NCBI GenBank assembly: GCA_964016885.1
Contig: OZ024748.1
Coordinates: forward strand, 46,066,001-46,130,000
DNA: 64,000 bases
Direction: 5' to 3'
Origin: Eledone cirrhosa
Taxonomy: Eukaryota
Positions 58,113 through 64,000 of the stretch are shown piece after piece (within the stretch, counting starts at the first letter, position 1; each line of letters opens with the position of its first letter). The notes beneath the pieces are model-generated. The model was given only the letters and a program-made list of their open reading frames with translations. It was not told the DNA's origin and made no database searches. The translations under genes were made by a program, and so were the position numbers.

Positions 58113-58340
58113 TACACTGTTCGCTTTTTACGCGAATTTGAAGTACGCGAATTCGCTTTAACGTGGTTTGAAAAATATCATTAATTATTCACTTTGCGCG
58201 AATAACATACTATAATGCGTGTGGTTTAACATTATTTTCTTTATCAGAAATATAATATAACATTTGACTTGAATTACGTGAATTTGCTTTACGCGCCGCT
58301 TTCACGGACGCATGTTCACGTAAATAGCGAACAGATTGTA
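58113..58340. mobile_element. Tc1/pogo-type MITE
   Basis: Imperfect TIRs (taca-ctgttcgct-tttacg / cgtaaatagcgaacagattgta) ending in TA. Confidence 0.55.
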
Positions 58341-58357
58341 TTTACATTCTCACAAAC

Positions 58358-58424
58358 CTGCAAAAGTATCCTCCGTTTTGTGTTTGTACACAGGTATAGC
58401 TTACACAGTTACAAAAGACGTCAG
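58358..58424 (-). CDS. Host gene internal exon, Cys-rich EGF-like segment (DVFCNCVSYTCVQTQNGGYFCR)
   Basis: Polypyrimidine/CAG acceptor and AG|GTTTGT donor; 67 nt, phase 1-2; joins in frame to the 57268 exon; C-x-C-x4-C-x6-GYFC pattern. Confidence 0.65.
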
Positions 58425-58627
58425 CTGGTAGGGTTGAAATAGATAAGAAAAAAATTATCACATAGTATCAGGTGAATAATAAAGAGATTTAAGTGATACA
58501 CAAAAACAAAATATATTTGATATATATAAGAAATTTTGGGGATATTCCGGAGCATGTAATTATACTTATACCATTACATATCAGTTTCCGGATATACAAT
58601 TATGTCATGAATAATATTGAGGCCGAT

Positions 58628-58668
<41 letters not shown>

Positions 58669-58709
58669 CAATATTAACTAAATGGAAACTATATTTATAA
58701 AGCCATATT

Positions 58710-58770
58710 TATTCTATTATATATATTTCAATGGTACCAAAACTTTGGTACGCTCTCTTCAGATAAAATA
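58710..58770 (-). ncRNA. Hammerhead, family G
   Basis: tattttat-CTGAAGA-gagc-gtaccaaa(gt)tttggtac-catt-GAA-ATATATAT-A-atagaata. Confidence 0.75.
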
Positions 58771-59412
58771 TAAAGTTTGTTTTTGTAAATATTGACATAT
58801 CCAGGAATAGTATCTTAACGGTTCAAGTTATTCCAGTATTATCCAGGAATAACTTGAACCGTTTTGGTACCCTTGAAATATATATAATAGAATAAATATG
58901 GTTTTATAAATATAGTTTCCATTTATTTAATATCATTGAATATTATACTCTAGAAAACTGTTGAGTGCTTTGAATCAGTTATAAACATATATATTTGTTG
59001 AATTACCAACAAATTAAATATCCTTTTTGCTTATATATATATATATATATAGGGTTGTAACATATTTTCCCGCCGTTCTTATAACAGTTCTTAATAAGAA
59101 AACCGCGGGGATTTATGTTACAACCCAATATATATAAGTTAAAACAGGTCCTGACTCTTTTCTTATTACCTACTCTACTACCCTAATTATCGAGTACTCT
59201 TGTGCGTTATGTTCAACCTGGTTCCTTACCCCACTTCCTTCGTTATATATATATACATTTAGGTTTGTTTGTTCACCACTGGATAGAACTGATCATTCCG
59301 TATAGTCAACCATAATGTATTATGAAGAAATGCACTCGACGTTATGCAACTTATCCATCTTCGATGTTGAATCTTGTTGGTGGTGTGAGAATGGAGTTGA
59401 TTATTAGTTCAA

Positions 59413-59471
<59 letters not shown>

Positions 59472-60545
59472 TAACAGATCAAAGTTTAAGCAAAGAATCG
59501 CTGATTTCACCCTCAAAGGGAACTTCAGAAGATCCCGTTAAGAGTGAAGGCAGCGATTCTTTGCTGTTATTATTAATAAATATTTGCTCTACGGTTTTAT
59601 ATATTTTTATATATATATTATCCTTATCGAGCCCTTTTCGGATTTTAATCTTCACATTTATTATTATTACTATATATATATATATATCCTTATCGAGCCC
59701 TCTTTCGATTATAGTATTCACATTTTTCATTATTACTATATATATATATTTATATACTCGCATACATATGACATCGTTCACCTTAGCGGGAATTGAACTC
59801 TCAGCATAGAGAACATTAGGGATTGCATTTTAACCAATCTGCCAATTCTCCGCAATATATGATACGTATACGCCTTCCAGAATATTAACCGGACACACCC
59901 GAGATTATAAGCAATAACAATTAATAAAGTTAAACTGTATAATTGTGGTATTGCTGCTTTCATAGGATTACGCCCTTGAGGAGTCACGATTTTGCGCCCA
60001 TGTTTATTGTTACGTGAATTTTTGGTCTATAGGAGTGTATTTGTGTATTTGACAGTGGGGTATGTATGTGTGTATATATATATATATATGTGTGTGTGAG
60101 TGTGTGTGTGCATATGTGTGTCTTCTGAACTGCTTTAATTGTTTTGAAAAACGGGTCCCAATAGTGGTCTGTGTCCAAGGTTTAAAGATTCAATAATTTG
60201 TCAAAAATTATATATATATATATTTATATCTATATATATATATGAAAAGGTATGACCCCGACGGCAGAGCTCAAGCCGTTTCGACGGTTATTTCTGGACG
60301 ACTAACAGTACACGTTAGATGTGTCTACCAGCAAGGATTGAACCCGAGTCCAGGATCGAACCCCCAGATCAGGATCTCTCTATCTCTAGTACTTCCCACT
60401 AAGCCAGCAAGACAGAAATAGCCGTCGAAAGGGCTTCAGCTCTGCCATCGTGGTCATACCTTTTCATATTACCCACTATACTCCCCTAAGTATTGAGTAC
60501 TCTGGTGCGTTATGGTCCACCTGGTTCCTTACCACAATTCCTTCG

Positions 60546-60584
<39 letters not shown>

Positions 60585-60621
60585 CACACATATATATATA
60601 TATACATGTACACACACACGC

Positions 60622-60795
<174 letters not shown>

Positions 60796-60796
60796 T

Positions 60797-61265
60797 GCGC
60801 TGACTTTTGGGATGCTCCCATACAGCTCTGAGTTTTTCATCCTCAGTGTATACTGATTAATGTTCAGAGCCGTCCTCAGCATTCTCGTGTAGCACACATC
60901 CACCATCTGAGTGAGTTTCTTGGTCAGTGTCCAAGTCTCAGACCCATACAGCAGCACAGACTACACTACAGCAATGAAGAGGCGGATTTTCAGGTCTTTA
61001 CGAACGTCAGCTCAAAAGTAACACAGAGGAGACTGAGGTTGGCTGGACATGCTCACTGACATCCAGAGTTGACATTGCACTCAGTGCTCCTTTGGAAGCC
61101 CCTACATGGACACACTAGAAGAGGAAGACCAAGGTTAACGTATGTTGATGCCCTAAGGACAGACACTGGTCCGTTGGAGACGCAGGACCTGGCAGCGATA
61201 ATGAGGGACAGAGACCGCTGGAGAGAACTCGTCCATGGATCTCGGGAATTTTACCCGCCTTAGAA
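60797..61265. mobile_element. RTE-clade LINE 3' end with an inverted 5' segment
   Basis: Minus 60797-61010 reads KIRLF..V.SVLLYGSETWTLTK...YTRMLRTALNI...NSELY...PKVS; plus 61006-61262 continues KVTQRRLRLAGH...LLWKP.HG..RRGRPRLTYVD...DRDRWR. Confidence 0.85.
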
Positions 61266-61269
61266 TAGA

Positions 61270-61301
<32 letters not shown>

Positions 61302-61675
61302 TTACACAATAATCAAAACTATATTCAAACATTTAATTGCTGTCAATCGTTTCTTCCAAACTTTCGGTGTGAATCATCTTTGCCTGTTGATATGCTTGTA
61401 AACCTGTGTTATTTTATGTGATACCTTTTCCACACAGTAATTATATATGCCTAGTACCATTGCTTCTTTACTACCTAGCTGTCCTGTGTATGCCTAACGC
61501 ATTTGCACTCTCTATACGCTTGCATATGTACTGCTATTGTCCTCGTTTTACGAGTAACTTTCTACCTTAATGCCTCTTTAATTATCATACTATTTCCTTG
61601 TAATCTCTGTTACATGCATTCCACTCTGTGCCTCTTGAATTATCATACTATTTCCTTGTAACCTCTGTCACATCA

Positions 61676-63355
<1,680 letters not shown>

Positions 63356-63369
63356 ACACACATACACAC

Positions 63370-63403
<34 letters not shown>

Positions 63404-63889
63404 ATACATATATATATGTATATATAAAAATACATATATATATACATATATATATATGAATTAGTTTAGCGAGGTTTTTATATGAAATCGTGTGTCGAAA
63501 CAGATATTGTTATACTTGGGGAGGGTCATATTTGCGTAATATTGCCAGTAAGTTAGATCGCAGATATAAAAGACAGCGAGAAGCGAAAACCAACCAAACA
63601 GTGAGTGTGTTCTGTTATTAATTCTAGCAATATTACGCAAATATGACCCTCCCCAAGTATAACAATACATATATATATGTATATATATAAATACATATAT
63701 ATATACATATATATATGTATATATCTAAATACATATATCTATACATATATATATGTAATATATAAATACATATATATATACATATATATATGTATATATA
63801 AAAATAAATATATATATACATATAAATATGTATATATATAAATACATATATATAAATACATATATATATACACATATATATATAAATAC

Positions 63890-63928
<39 letters not shown>

Positions 63929-63954
63929 AATACATATATATATACATATATATT

Positions 63955-63990
<36 letters not shown>

Positions 63991-64000
63991 CATATTTATA

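Overview
Very AT-rich, microsatellite-dominated animal DNA. The (TA)n/(CA)n load and the two tRNA-derived SINE families suggest a cephalopod such as Octopus (inference). One host gene can be rebuilt on the minus strand from phase-compatible GT-AG exons at 58424-58358, 57268-57237, 56654-56525 and 49627-49434, plus two candidate last exons at 46591 and 42989. It encodes the C-terminal part of a single-pass membrane protein with a 4-Cys EGF-like remnant. The rest is transposon debris: three Penelope-like (PLE) RT/GIY-YIG remnants, Tx1/L1, CRE and RTE LINE fragments, a Helitron, MITEs and SINEs. The most striking signal is that the short unique islands between (TA)n tracts are mostly non-coding elements carrying type I hammerhead ribozymes (HHRs). 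By eye there are about 16 distinct sequence families and about 40 intact or decayed copies. Many are fold-back inverted duplications whose turning point lies on or next to a ribozyme helix. One family is a circularly permuted tandem unit of about 450 nt (retrozyme-like). Three families are physically linked to PLE coding remnants. Family letters used below are my own labels. All ribozyme folds were made by eye and none was computed.
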